Assembly (NCBI GenBank): GCA_024683955.1
Contig: JAIKXS010000042.1
Location: 5,681-69,680, forward strand
DNA length: 64,000 nucleotides
Origin: Desulfovibrio sp.
Lineage (GTDB): Bacteria > Desulfobacterota > Desulfovibrionia > Desulfovibrionales > Desulfovibrionaceae
Direction of reading: 5' to 3'
In this document: one piece after another, positions 9,297 to 18,785 of the stretch
Layout: the number at the start of each line of letters is the position of its first letter
Position numbering within the stretch: position 1 is the stretch's first letter
Position numbers and translations under genes: made by a program
Notes under the pieces: model-generated
The model's database searches: none
What the model was told of the DNA's origin: nothing
The model's input: only the letters and a program-made list of their open reading frames with translations

Positions 9297-11272
9297 CAGA
9301 AGGCCTGACCTATGCTGATATAAATTTGCACGGGCGGATCCCCGTCGTAGGGAGAAATGGGTGTTGCCACATCAAAACGGAGGGGGCCGATGGGGGTGTA
9401 GTAACGGAGTCCCAGGCCCGCGCCCCAACGCATATCACCGATGATCTCAGGGTAGGGTGTGTCATAGACCATACCACCATCCACAAAGGGAACAAGCCCC
9501 ACATCCTTCGTGAGCTTGTAGCGTGCCTCCAGATTGACAAGCTGATACGAGCGGCCGCCCTCAGGGTCATCCCCCTCGTCCCTGGGACCTATGGCCTGGA
9601 AGGGATAGCCGCGGACGGATCCGGCACCGCCCGTAAAATGTCGCATGCTGGTCGGAAGAGTGCTCTTTGATGGTCCCAGAATGGAGCCGCCCTCGGCACG
9701 GACCGCAAACACAAGCTCATCACTCTTTGCTCCATCGTTGTCCCGGAACGGCGCGTAAAAGAAGCTGCCGCCGAGCGTCTGCGAAAGGGCCGTAAAGGAC
9801 TTCGTGTAGTACCCGGCGAAGGGTTTGACGGTCCACTTGGCTGTGGTCCCGCGCGTAGGATTGAGAACATTGTCGCGGCTGTCGTGTCGGAAGAAAAATT
9901 TAGGGCCATAGGCCGAATAGGACTGCTCGTCGTACTTGGCATCCTTCAGGATACCGCCTTCGGCAAAGGCGCCAACACCGCCCCACAGGGTACGGGTAAG
10001 CTTGCGCTCAACACTGGCATCCACACCAAAGCCACGACGTTCGAAGGCCTCGGTATTCTCATGCAGGAGAGAGGCCGTGACCGAGAGATTCTGGTCCCTG
10101 TCCAAAAAGGCCGGCTTGTCGAATGCCATCTTCAAGCCCTGCTCTTCGGTGGCAATGGGGGCTGTCAGACGAAGTTTCTCTCCGTTATGAAAAATATTTC
10201 GGTGTTCCCAGGTTCCTTCAAGTCCAAATCCCGAAGATGTGTCGTAATGTACATTACCACCGACGCTACGGAACAGGGCCTCCTTGACCGTTACCTCTAC
10301 GGGCAGAACGGTAATGCCATCGGGAGAACGCGTCGCGTCATCCTTGATGGCACGGGCCTCAACGGAACGAAAGAGGCCCGTGTGACGAAGTGTATTGGCG
10401 TATTCCTCAAGGATGTCATCATCCCAGGGCTCCTTACCGGCATCCCAGGGGACAAGATTGTGAATCAGGGTGTCGCGTACATCCTTGTTCCCCGTAACCC
10501 GTACGAGCCCCATGTTGGAGGGCGGTCCCGGATCAATCACAATGTCGGCATAGAGCTCCCGCAGTTCCCGGTTCAGGGAGTATGTCTGGGAACGCACACG
10601 CGCAAAAGGGTAGCCTGTCTTTTTCAAACTCTCGGGAAATTCCTCCACGGCCTTCAGCATATCGGAAGCGGTCACGGGCTTGCCGGCCGTGACACCGGGA
10701 AGATGGGAGGGGAAAGACGGTTCCGGCAGTGGCTCTGTATCAAGGCCAAAAAGGCCATAACTTCGGACTCGGCGGGTAAAAGTCTCGGGAACCGAGGGGG
10801 CGGGATCGTAAGAAAGTCTGGCAGCGGCGAGTGTGTATCGGGGTCCGGGATTCAAGCGGAGACGGACGGACAAAGGGCTCGTCGTCTCAGAGATCTCATA
10901 GGACGCACTGCCGTCATAGTAGCACTCGGATTGAAGAAGTTTTTGGGCATTTTCAACATCGGCCCTTGCCCGGCTCTCTATGCCGAGCACACTGTCCGGT
11001 GGTTTTTTAGAAAGAACGTAAAGGGCACTCGCCGCCTTCATCTTCGAGATGAGATCCTTACTTCCCCCCTCGACCACGATATCAACCGTATACGGTACAG
11101 GGGGGTCTCGCAGCGAATCGTCGGCATCTGCGGTTTTCCGCCCTATGTCGGTATTGCGTTCCGAATCACTTTGAACGAGACCGCAGCCCACAAGCGCGGT
11201 CAACGTACAAAGCACTATAAAGACACGCAGAAACGGGAGTTTTCTCTTGCCGCTCATGATCAAGGAACGCAT
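9296..11272 (-). CDS. tamA: Omp85-family outer membrane protein TamA (BamA-like)
   Basis: 658 aa with a lipoprotein-like signal (LTALVGCG), POTRA-like N-terminal half, a C-terminal beta-barrel and a terminal aromatic residue (..ISIGQAF). Translationally coupled to tamB. Confidence 0.85.
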   Translation of the reverse strand: MRSLIMSGKRKLPFLRVFIVLCTLTALVGCGLVQSDSERNTDIGRKTADADDSLRDPPVPYTVDIVVEGGSKDLISKMKAASALYVLSKKPPDSVLGIESRARADVENAQKLLQSECYYDGSASYEISETTSPLSVRLRLNPGPRYTLAAARLSYDPAPSVPETFTRRVRSYGLFGLDTEPLPEPSFPSHLPGVTAGKPVTASDMLKAVEEFPESLKKTGYPFARVRSQTYSLNRELRELYADIVIDPGPPSNMGLVRVTGNKDVRDTLIHNLVPWDAGKEPWDDDILEEYANTLRHTGLFRSVEARAIKDDATRSPDGITVLPVEVTVKEALFRSVGGNVHYDTSSGFGLEGTWEHRNIFHNGEKLRLTAPIATEEQGLKMAFDKPAFLDRDQNLSVTASLLHENTEAFERRGFGVDASVERKLTRTLWGGVGAFAEGGILKDAKYDEQSYSAYGPKFFFRHDSRDNVLNPTRGTTAKWTVKPFAGYYTKSFTALSQTLGGSFFYAPFRDNDGAKSDELVFAVRAEGGSILGPSKSTLPTSMRHFTGGAGSVRGYPFQAIGPRDEGDDPEGGRSYQLVNLEARYKLTKDVGLVPFVDGGMVYDTPYPEIIGDMRWGAGLGLRYYTPIGPLRFDVATPISPYDGDPPVQIYISIGQAF

Positions 11273-11320
11273 AGGAACTCTCGGGAAGATAAATGCGCAA
11301 AAAGAGCGCGTTCAAAAAAA

Positions 11321-13156
11321 CTATCCTTTGGCCTTGGCAACACGGCCCGCCATCTGGTAGCGCTTCTGCGCGGACAGTTCGAGCTTCCGCAGACGGATGG
11401 AGACAGGCGTAACCTCCACAAGCTCATCTTCACGCACAAAATGCAGGGCCTTCTCAAGGGTCATCTTGCGCACAGGCGTCAAAATGACGTTTTCGTCTTT
11501 GCCGGCCGCACGAAGGTTTGTCAGCTTTTTTTCCTTTGTGGCGTTCACGTCGATATCATTGTCTCGGTTGTGCTCACCGACGATCATACCTTCATAAACC
11601 GGGTCCCCCGGTTCCACAAAAAGGACGCCGCGCGGCTCAAGGTTAAAAAGGGCGTAGGCAACGCAGCTTCCTGCCCTGTCCGCCACAATGGAGCCGGAAA
11701 ATCTCGTCGGGAACTCACCGCGCCACGTGTCGTATCCCTCGAGAAGAGAATTCATTATGCCAGTGCCCTTGGTGTCGGTCAGAAACTCGTCGCGATACCC
11801 GATAAGACCTCTTGAGGGAACGGTGAACTCAAGGCGCACACGGCCTGTGCCATTGTTGGTACAGTTGAGCATCCGGCCCTTCCGCTGTGCCAGTTTGTCG
11901 GTCACAACCCCCATGAAAACTTCATCGCAGTCCACATAAAGGTGCTCAATGGGTTCGATTGTCTCCCCCTTTTCATTCTGTCGGACAATGACTTCAGGCC
12001 GGCCTACGGAAAGTTCAAAGCCCTCGCGGCGCATGGTCTCAATGAGGATGGCCATCTGAAATTCCCCGCGTCCCTTGACTAGAAACGCGTCCTTATCTTC
12101 GGTCTCCTCTATCTTGATGGCCACATTGCGCAGACTTTCCTTGCGAAGACGGTCATAGATGGCGCGGCTTTGCACAATCTTTCCCTCGCGTCCGGCAAGC
12201 GGCGAAGTGTTGATGCCAAAACGCATGGCAACCGTCGGTTCATCCACACGGATACGCGGCAGGACCTGAGGGGCATCCTTTGTGCAGATGGTGTCGCCGA
12301 TCTTCACGTCCTCAATGCCCGCAAGAACGACTATGTCTCCGGGCTCTGCAGATTCCACTTCCGAGAGTTTCAGACCATCATAGACCTGCAAACGGGTCGC
12401 CCTCAAGGGAACGGGCTTCTCGTCCTCCCCGATGCAGACAAGGCTTTCCTTCGACTGCACCGAACCGTGAACGATGCGCCCCACTGCAAGACGTCCGAGA
12501 TAGTCGGAGTAATCGAGATCGGCCACAAGCATCTGAAAGGGCTTTTCCGGATCAAACTCAGGACCAGGGATATAGTCGAGAATGGTGTCAAAGAGAGGCG
12601 AGAGATCAACCCGTGGATCTTCAAGCTCACGCATGGCAACGCCATCTCTTCCGATGGCGTAAAGGACGGGAAACTCAATCTGTTCCTCACTGGCACCGAG
12701 GTCTATAAACAAATCATAGATTTCGTTCAGGACCTCATCTGGTCTTGCGTCCTTGCGGTCTATCTTATTGATCACGACAACGACAGGCAATCCTGCCTCA
12801 AGGGCCTTGCGCAACACAAAACGGGTCTGCGGAAGAGGTCCCTCCGAGGCATCAACAAGAAGAATAGCACCGGTTGCCATGGAAAGGGAACGCTCCACCT
12901 CCCCGCCAAAATCAGCGTGTCCGGGCGTGTCGATGATATTGATCTTCACATCCTTCCAGTGTACGGAACAGTTTTTTGCGGCGATTGTGATGCCGCGCTC
13001 CCGCTCAAGGTCCATGTTGTCCATCACCCTGTCGTCCACATGCTGATCGGCGCGAAAGACGCCGCTCTGACGAAAAAGCGCGTCAACAAGGGTTGTTTTG
13101 CCATGGTCAACATGAGCAATAATGGCGACATTACGAAGGGATTTATTCTGTTGCAT
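11321..13156 (-). CDS. typA: Translational GTPase TypA/BipA
   Basis: 611 aa. The G1-G4 motifs (AHVDHGKTT, DTPGH, NKID) and full-length organisation match BipA. Confidence 0.95.
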   Translation of the reverse strand: MQQNKSLRNVAIIAHVDHGKTTLVDALFRQSGVFRADQHVDDRVMDNMDLERERGITIAAKNCSVHWKDVKINIIDTPGHADFGGEVERSLSMATGAILLVDASEGPLPQTRFVLRKALEAGLPVVVVINKIDRKDARPDEVLNEIYDLFIDLGASEEQIEFPVLYAIGRDGVAMRELEDPRVDLSPLFDTILDYIPGPEFDPEKPFQMLVADLDYSDYLGRLAVGRIVHGSVQSKESLVCIGEDEKPVPLRATRLQVYDGLKLSEVESAEPGDIVVLAGIEDVKIGDTICTKDAPQVLPRIRVDEPTVAMRFGINTSPLAGREGKIVQSRAIYDRLRKESLRNVAIKIEETEDKDAFLVKGRGEFQMAILIETMRREGFELSVGRPEVIVRQNEKGETIEPIEHLYVDCDEVFMGVVTDKLAQRKGRMLNCTNNGTGRVRLEFTVPSRGLIGYRDEFLTDTKGTGIMNSLLEGYDTWRGEFPTRFSGSIVADRAGSCVAYALFNLEPRGVLFVEPGDPVYEGMIVGEHNRDNDIDVNATKEKKLTNLRAAGKDENVILTPVRKMTLEKALHFVREDELVEVTPVSIRLRKLELSAQKRYQMAGRVAKAKG

Positions 13157-13213
13157 ACACCGAAACCTTTATGAAAAGCTCCCGTAAAGCGGAGGGGAAG
13201 AAAAGTGTAAAGG

Positions 13214-13248
13214 AAAAAAGACAAAAAACCGCCCTTACGACGTAAGGG
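13214..13248 (-). terminator. Weak intrinsic terminator candidate about 60 nt upstream of typA
   Basis: On the minus strand: CCCTTA-cgtcg-TAAGGG hairpin, then CGGTTTTTTGTCTTTTTT. Confidence 0.4.
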
Positions 13249-13529
13249 ACACAGGAACACGACCGGCCTTGCTTGGACGCAAAAACGGAAGAAAAAGGGC
13301 GTTTTCCTTCGCATATTTCCGCTCCAGATAGGGGCGCACGTCAGAATTGCCGTGGGCGCATCCTAGCCATTGTTCCCGCCGAAGGCAAGGGGAGAGGATG
13401 TCAGGCCAGAGGAGGAAAACACTGGAGGGAAACACGAATGGTACGCAACGGAACCTTCGAAGAAGGTCCTCAACGAACGGAATACGCATCTGAAAACTCT
13501 CGCCCGAAAAAAACTGCGGTCCCGGCCCC

Positions 13530-14381
13530 TTAGGAGGTTTCCCTGCAAAGTTCCGGCAAAAGTGCCGTGAGAAGGGATGAGAGATGCCGCTCAGCCAAAG
13601 CGCTTTGACGTACGATTTCTTCTATCGACATGCTCTCCATGCAGTCGGGCAAATTCTTGTTGGCAAGACTTGAGAGAGCAAGCACACGAAGTCCAAGATG
13701 ACGGGCAGAGATCACCTCAAGCACACTGCTCATTCCGATGGCGTCCGCACCGAGCATGCGGTACATTCTTGTCTCCGCAGGGGTCTCCAGTTCCGGGCCG
13801 TGGACCCCGATGTAAACGCCCTTTTCAAGGGGAATGCCGAGGTCAAGGGCTTTTTGTTGCGCAGCCGCCATGAGGTCGGGATCAAAGGGACGGCTCATAT
13901 CGGGAAAACGAAGGCCAAAAGATTCATGATTAGGACCGGAGAGAGGCGAAAGACCGGTCATATTGATCTGATCCGTTGCAAGAAAAAGATTACCCACGCC
14001 GAAAAGCGGATTCAGGGCGCCTGCCGCGTTTGTGACGAGAAGAGTGTGAATACCGAGGGAAGCCATAACCCTTACCCCCATGCACACTTCCCCGGCACTA
14101 TATCCTTCATAGAGGTGAACCCGCCCCGCCTGAATCAAAAGCGGCCATCCGTCAAGTGTTCCATACACAAAGGAACCCTTGTGGGACGAAGTTGTAGAGA
14201 CCGGGAAAAACGGCAGATCCGAAAACGGTACCTCCTTCCCGTCAATACGTTCCGACAGAAATGAAAGTCCTGTGCCAAGTATCACGCCAAGAGGAATACG
14301 CTCCTCCCCGCCAAGTCCAAGCAGCATGCGAAGCCGTGTGGCTCCTGCCCTGACCTCATCCGGCATTTGCATTACGTTCAT
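13530..14381 (-). CDS. Purine nucleoside phosphorylase (PunA / trimeric PNP-MTAP family)
   Basis: ORF 13530-14825 trimmed to MNVMQMPDEV (ATG 14381). The motifs GVILGTGLS, HKGSFVYG, GRVHLYEGY, VTNAAGALNP and VGMS-type are typical. The 148 upstream codons are Cys/Arg-rich junk. Confidence 0.85.
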   Translation of the reverse strand: MNVMQMPDEVRAGATRLRMLLGLGGEERIPLGVILGTGLSFLSERIDGKEVPFSDLPFFPVSTTSSHKGSFVYGTLDGWPLLIQAGRVHLYEGYSAGEVCMGVRVMASLGIHTLLVTNAAGALNPLFGVGNLFLATDQINMTGLSPLSGPNHESFGLRFPDMSRPFDPDLMAAAQQKALDLGIPLEKGVYIGVHGPELETPAETRMYRMLGADAIGMSSVLEVISARHLGLRVLALSSLANKNLPDCMESMSIEEIVRQSALAERHLSSLLTALLPELCRETS

Positions 14382-14896
14382 GCCCGCACCGCTGTTCCTG
14401 CAAAAAAAAAGACGACCGTGAAAAAACCTGTTGAAAAATTTGAGACTTTTTGGCAATTGGCTCTTTCCGCTCTCGCCTTTGACGGTTGAATAGTGTACTG
14501 TCCGGAAAAAGTTGAAGCGGGCCCAGACGCATGCAGAGGCCTCAAGACAGATCATGTGGCCAGTTCGTTCCGGTGCATCGTGGGCTCTCCTCTCCGGAGA
14601 GATGTCTTGAAAGAACACACCGTGACAGATCCGTGCATGAGAAACAACATGCCACCCATGTCCGCATTCCGCTGATACCCTACGACACTTGCCATAAAAA
14701 AGAAACCATGCGGATCTCGGGAGCCCCTTCCCGACAGTGTGCACATGCAGTCTCTTCGACATACAGGACAGAGCGCCCCCCCCAAACGCTCGACAAAGGT
14801 CGATGTCAGCTGCAGGCTGTTGCACAATCCCGAGGAATTGTCTAGAAACAACACTGTCTATATTTTTCTGTTAGACGCCCTTCTGGGAAAAAAGAG

Positions 14897-16366
14897 GTGA
14901 GGATGGAGAAGGATACCGTACACCAAGACGGGAAAACACCTGAGGCTCTTGCCATCACTGATCATAAAGTTCTCGTCGCAAACCGCGGCGAAATAGCCAT
15001 GCGCATCATGCGGGCCTGCCATGGACTTGGTATACCCTTTACGGCGCTCTACACGGCAGAAGACTCTGCCTCCTGTCACTGTGATCTTGCGAGGGAGCTT
15101 GGAGGAGAGCACTGTCTCTACCGGGTCTCATCCTACCACGACGCCAACGAAATCATGAGTGTGGCAGACGCGTCCGAATGTACAGCCGTGCATCCGGGCT
15201 ACGGGTTCTTCGCCGAGGATTTCCGGTTTGCCAGACGCGTCACAAAACGTGACCGCAAAATGATTTTTATCGGTCCCTCGTGGAAAATCATCCGCGAACT
15301 CGGAGATAAAATCAATACAAAACGCCTGGCACGCAGTCTCGGCGTTCCGACCGTTCCCGGTTCCGACAGGCCCATTTACGATGAGGCCGAGGCCGAGCAC
15401 ATCGCAAAATCAATTTTTGAATTTCAGGAAAGCCAGGGCATAACCCATCCACTGGTCCTCGTAAAGGCGTCAGCCGGTGGAGGAGGCATGGGAATTGAAG
15501 AGGTCTACGACCCTGATCAATTCCGTTCTGTCTACCGCCGAATCCGCAACTACGCCCTGCGTCAGTTCAAGGATGAGGGGGTGCTGATAGAGCAGCGCAT
15601 CAAGGACTTCAATCACCTTGAAGTACAAATTATCTCCGACAGATCCGGCAAACACCCGGTTCATTTCGGCACACGGAACTGCTCAATACAGTCAACGGGG
15701 CGGCAAAAACGCATCGAGGTGGCTCCCGGATTTGCTCCGGAGACCCTTGACTACAGTTTCGATGCCGCAAAGGTACTGACCAACATAGTTGAATACTCCC
15801 TTACCATGGCGACAAAGGTCGGCTACGACAATGTCGGCACATGGGAATGGATCGTCACTCGGGCAGGCGAGCCGTTTCTTATGGAGGTCAACACGCGCAT
15901 CCAGGTGGAAAACGGGGTCTCAGGCTGCATCGCCCATGTGGCAGGAAGAGGCAGCGTTGACCTCATCGCCGAACAGATCCGTCTTGGACTCGGTGAAGAA
16001 ATCGGCTATACGCAAGCAGAAATCGCCACCGAAGGTGTCGGCCTTGAATACCGCATCATAGCCGAAGATCCGGCCAACAATTTTATTCCCTGGGTCGGAA
16101 AGATCGAACGATTTCACTGGAAGGATCAGCCGTGGCTCACCATGCTGACCCATGTTCCCACGGACAGACCATACGAAATTCCAACGGAATTTGACCCCAA
16201 CCTCGCCCTTGCCATCATCTGGGGAAAGAACCTTGAGGAAACAAAGGAACGCGGAAAAATCTTTCTCGACTCCATTGTTCTTGAAGGTCAAAACGCGTCG
16301 GGAGAAGCCTTGCGCAGCAACATCGAATTTCTTAAGACAAATACGGACCAAATCCTTCATTTTTAG
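14897..16366 (+). CDS. accC: Biotin carboxylase (ATP-grasp; AccC-like)
   Basis: 489 aa. KVLVANRGEIAMRIMRA at the N-terminus, an ATP-grasp core, and RIQVE..V motifs typical of biotin carboxylases. RBS AGAGGTGAGG. Confidence 0.9.
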   Translation: MRMEKDTVHQDGKTPEALAITDHKVLVANRGEIAMRIMRACHGLGIPFTALYTAEDSASCHCDLARELGGEHCLYRVSSYHDANEIMSVADASECTAVHPGYGFFAEDFRFARRVTKRDRKMIFIGPSWKIIRELGDKINTKRLARSLGVPTVPGSDRPIYDEAEAEHIAKSIFEFQESQGITHPLVLVKASAGGGGMGIEEVYDPDQFRSVYRRIRNYALRQFKDEGVLIEQRIKDFNHLEVQIISDRSGKHPVHFGTRNCSIQSTGRQKRIEVAPGFAPETLDYSFDAAKVLTNIVEYSLTMATKVGYDNVGTWEWIVTRAGEPFLMEVNTRIQVENGVSGCIAHVAGRGSVDLIAEQIRLGLGEEIGYTQAEIATEGVGLEYRIIAEDPANNFIPWVGKIERFHWKDQPWLTMLTHVPTDRPYEIPTEFDPNLALAIIWGKNLEETKERGKIFLDSIVLEGQNASGEALRSNIEFLKTNTDQILHF

Positions 16367-16502
16367 CGGGACAAAAACGCACTTCCCTTCTGTCATTGTA
16401 CGACTCGGGGAGGGCGCGTGACGGCCATTATTCACAAATCAGGAACCAAGCGGGGCAGCGTTTCCTCTCCTGCATGTCGGGAGCTTCCACGCTGCGAAGT
16501 GC

Positions 16503-18755
16503 ATGATCGACAATAATATTGAAAAACGTATCGTAGCTCTGCAGGAAAGACTTATCTACCTGAAGGACATTTTTGCCGGCAAGCACGCCGACGACAGCGA
16601 TCTTCTGCAAGACCGCCTTGCGTCTTTCAGCAGAAAGCTCAGGAGCGATGAGGTCAGCGATCCCTATACGGACATCGCCTCCATGGAGGACCTCTTCTCC
16701 TACGTTGAAAGCAAACTCGACAGCAGTGTTACGGCCATGGATCGTGTCCGTATCGTGCGCCATCCTCAGCGGATCTGCCTGCGTGACATTCTAGAAAATG
16801 TCTATGACACATTTACGGAAGTAGGCGGTCAGGATGAATACAGCCTTGATCCGAGCATCCTCATTGCCCGCGCCGTCATTACCCGCCACCGGGGCAAAAA
16901 GACCTACCATCAGCCTGTCATGGTCATCGGCCAGGAAAAGGGACATGGGGCAGAATTCCGCAACGGCGGAAGCGTCAAGCCATGGGGGAACGCCAAGGCC
17001 ATGCAATTTATGCGTGTTGCCGAGACAGAAGGAATCCCCATCCATTGCTATGTCTGCACACCCGGATCTTTCCCTATCGAGGACTATCCGGGAGCGGCCC
17101 AGCAGATAGCCAGAAATATTTACGGAATGGCGGGGTTGCGAGTTCCCATCATCGCCATCATCTCCGAGGGTGGCAGCGGCGGCGCAGAGGCTATAAGTCT
17201 TGCCGACAAACGTATCATGCTTTCCCACGGGTACTATTCCGTTATCTCTCCGGAAGGCGCAGCCGCCATCGAAGGACATCTCAAGGAAGGCGAACGCGCG
17301 AGTTCCGAGCTTATCGAACACTGCGCAGAGAATCTCCACATTACGGCAAAGGATAATCTCGGCTTCGGCTATATCGACCAGATTATACAGGAGCCACCCC
17401 TCGGAGCAAGGCCCTGGCACTTTGAATTCTTCCGCACGCTGCGACAGGAAGTGATCAGGGCAACGGATGAAGTGATCATTTCAACCCGTGCGCTTCCTCT
17501 TCTGAAAACCCTTGCCCAAAACCGCCACGCAAGGCCGACGGCCAACCTCGAGCATCTCTATATCCACTGGGGGCTTTCCGCCGGGGCTCGCTCCCGGCTT
17601 GTGGCGCTTCGCCAAAAAAAATTCCTCAGGCTCTCCCGCAGTGCAGCCTCGGACAAAAGGCCCATGTACAACAAAGTCATGGAACTTCTCTCCAGCTACA
17701 TCACGAAGCCCTGGAACAGCTTCAAATACGATTTCTATCGGAAACACCAGCGCAAAATACAGACCTTTGTTGAAGAAATCGACAATGAGTGGGAAACCTT
17801 CAAATACCGTCTTCTATCTCCCTGGCGTAAATTCAAACACGGCATCGAAAAGAAAAACAACGCGAAGGGAGAGGCCCTCATGGCCCTTTCCGAATGGACC
17901 AAGGATTCACGACGCAAAAAATGGAACTACCTCTCTCCCCGCTATAAGATCGACAAGACCCTCACATGTCCCAACAGTGCCGAGTACGGCTGTCTTGATC
18001 TCTGGGGGCCCGACCTCTTCGGAGAATTTGCCGGGGTGTGCAGTTACTGTGGCTACCATTTTCCCATGGAACCGGAATGGTATGTTCGCAATGTCTTCGA
18101 CAAAGACTCTGTGATAGAGTTCAACAGCGAAATCGAAGCCGGTAATCCCCTCTCCTTTCCCAACTTCGACGAACGCATCCGCAAGGCCCAGGAAAAAAAT
18201 GGCACGCGCAGTGGCTGTATGACCTTTGAGGCACGTATAGCGGGCATCAAAATCATTGTGGCCATGTTTATGGGAACCTTCAGGGGCGGCTCCGTCGGTG
18301 CTGCCGAAGGATGTAAGTTCGTAGAGGCGGCGGAACGGGCGACCAAAAATCGATATCCGTTCCTGGCCTATGTTCACGGCACAGCCGGCATGCGTATTCA
18401 GGAAGGCACCCACGCCCTCATTCAAATGCCCCGCTGCACGGTTGCCGTACGGCGCTATATTGAGGCGGGGGGCCTCTATGTGGTACTCTACGACACCAAT
18501 TCCTTTGCGGGCCCCGTGGCGAGTTTTCTTGGATGTTCCCCTTATCAGTTTGCCGTGCGCTCTTCCAATATCGGCTTTGCCGGCCCCGGCGTCATCAAGG
18601 AGACAACGGGGATGGACATTCCCCCCAGGTACCACCGGTCAACCGAAGCCCTTGCGCGTGGTCATATCCAGGGAATCTGGGACAGACGCCAGATCAGAGC
18701 CAACCTCAAACAGGCCCTCAGAACCATCGGCGGCCGGAATCTTTATTACCGCTAG
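16503..18755 (+). CDS. Fused carboxyltransferase: AccA-like alpha domain followed by AccD-like beta domain
   Basis: 750 aa. The N-terminal half matches AccA (..MVIGQEKGHG..NGG..PWG..KA..FMR.AE...IPI...V.TPG..P...GAAQ.IARN...MA.L.VPII..ISEGGSGGA..). The C-terminal half carries a Cys-rich Zn-ribbon-like segment (CPNSAEYGC...CSYCGYH) and an AccD-like crotonase fold. Confidence 0.9.
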   Translation: MIDNNIEKRIVALQERLIYLKDIFAGKHADDSDLLQDRLASFSRKLRSDEVSDPYTDIASMEDLFSYVESKLDSSVTAMDRVRIVRHPQRICLRDILENVYDTFTEVGGQDEYSLDPSILIARAVITRHRGKKTYHQPVMVIGQEKGHGAEFRNGGSVKPWGNAKAMQFMRVAETEGIPIHCYVCTPGSFPIEDYPGAAQQIARNIYGMAGLRVPIIAIISEGGSGGAEAISLADKRIMLSHGYYSVISPEGAAAIEGHLKEGERASSELIEHCAENLHITAKDNLGFGYIDQIIQEPPLGARPWHFEFFRTLRQEVIRATDEVIISTRALPLLKTLAQNRHARPTANLEHLYIHWGLSAGARSRLVALRQKKFLRLSRSAASDKRPMYNKVMELLSSYITKPWNSFKYDFYRKHQRKIQTFVEEIDNEWETFKYRLLSPWRKFKHGIEKKNNAKGEALMALSEWTKDSRRKKWNYLSPRYKIDKTLTCPNSAEYGCLDLWGPDLFGEFAGVCSYCGYHFPMEPEWYVRNVFDKDSVIEFNSEIEAGNPLSFPNFDERIRKAQEKNGTRSGCMTFEARIAGIKIIVAMFMGTFRGGSVGAAEGCKFVEAAERATKNRYPFLAYVHGTAGMRIQEGTHALIQMPRCTVAVRRYIEAGGLYVVLYDTNSFAGPVASFLGCSPYQFAVRSSNIGFAGPGVIKETTGMDIPPRYHRSTEALARGHIQGIWDRRQIRANLKQALRTIGGRNLYYR

Positions 18756-18785
18756 GCACCAGGATGTCGAAGCGATGGACACTCT

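Noticed and set aside
9884-11815. 643-aa ORF on the plus strand, and likewise 12170-13174 (334 aa)
   Set aside because: These are antisense to tamA and typA and span their intergenic gap. The sequence is low-complexity and Arg/Gly-rich, whereas the sense-strand genes have clear family signatures.
14382-14825. N-terminal 148-codon extension of the nucleoside phosphorylase ORF
   Set aside because: The extension is Cys/Arg/His-rich and unlike protein, and PNP homology begins at MNVMQMPDEV.
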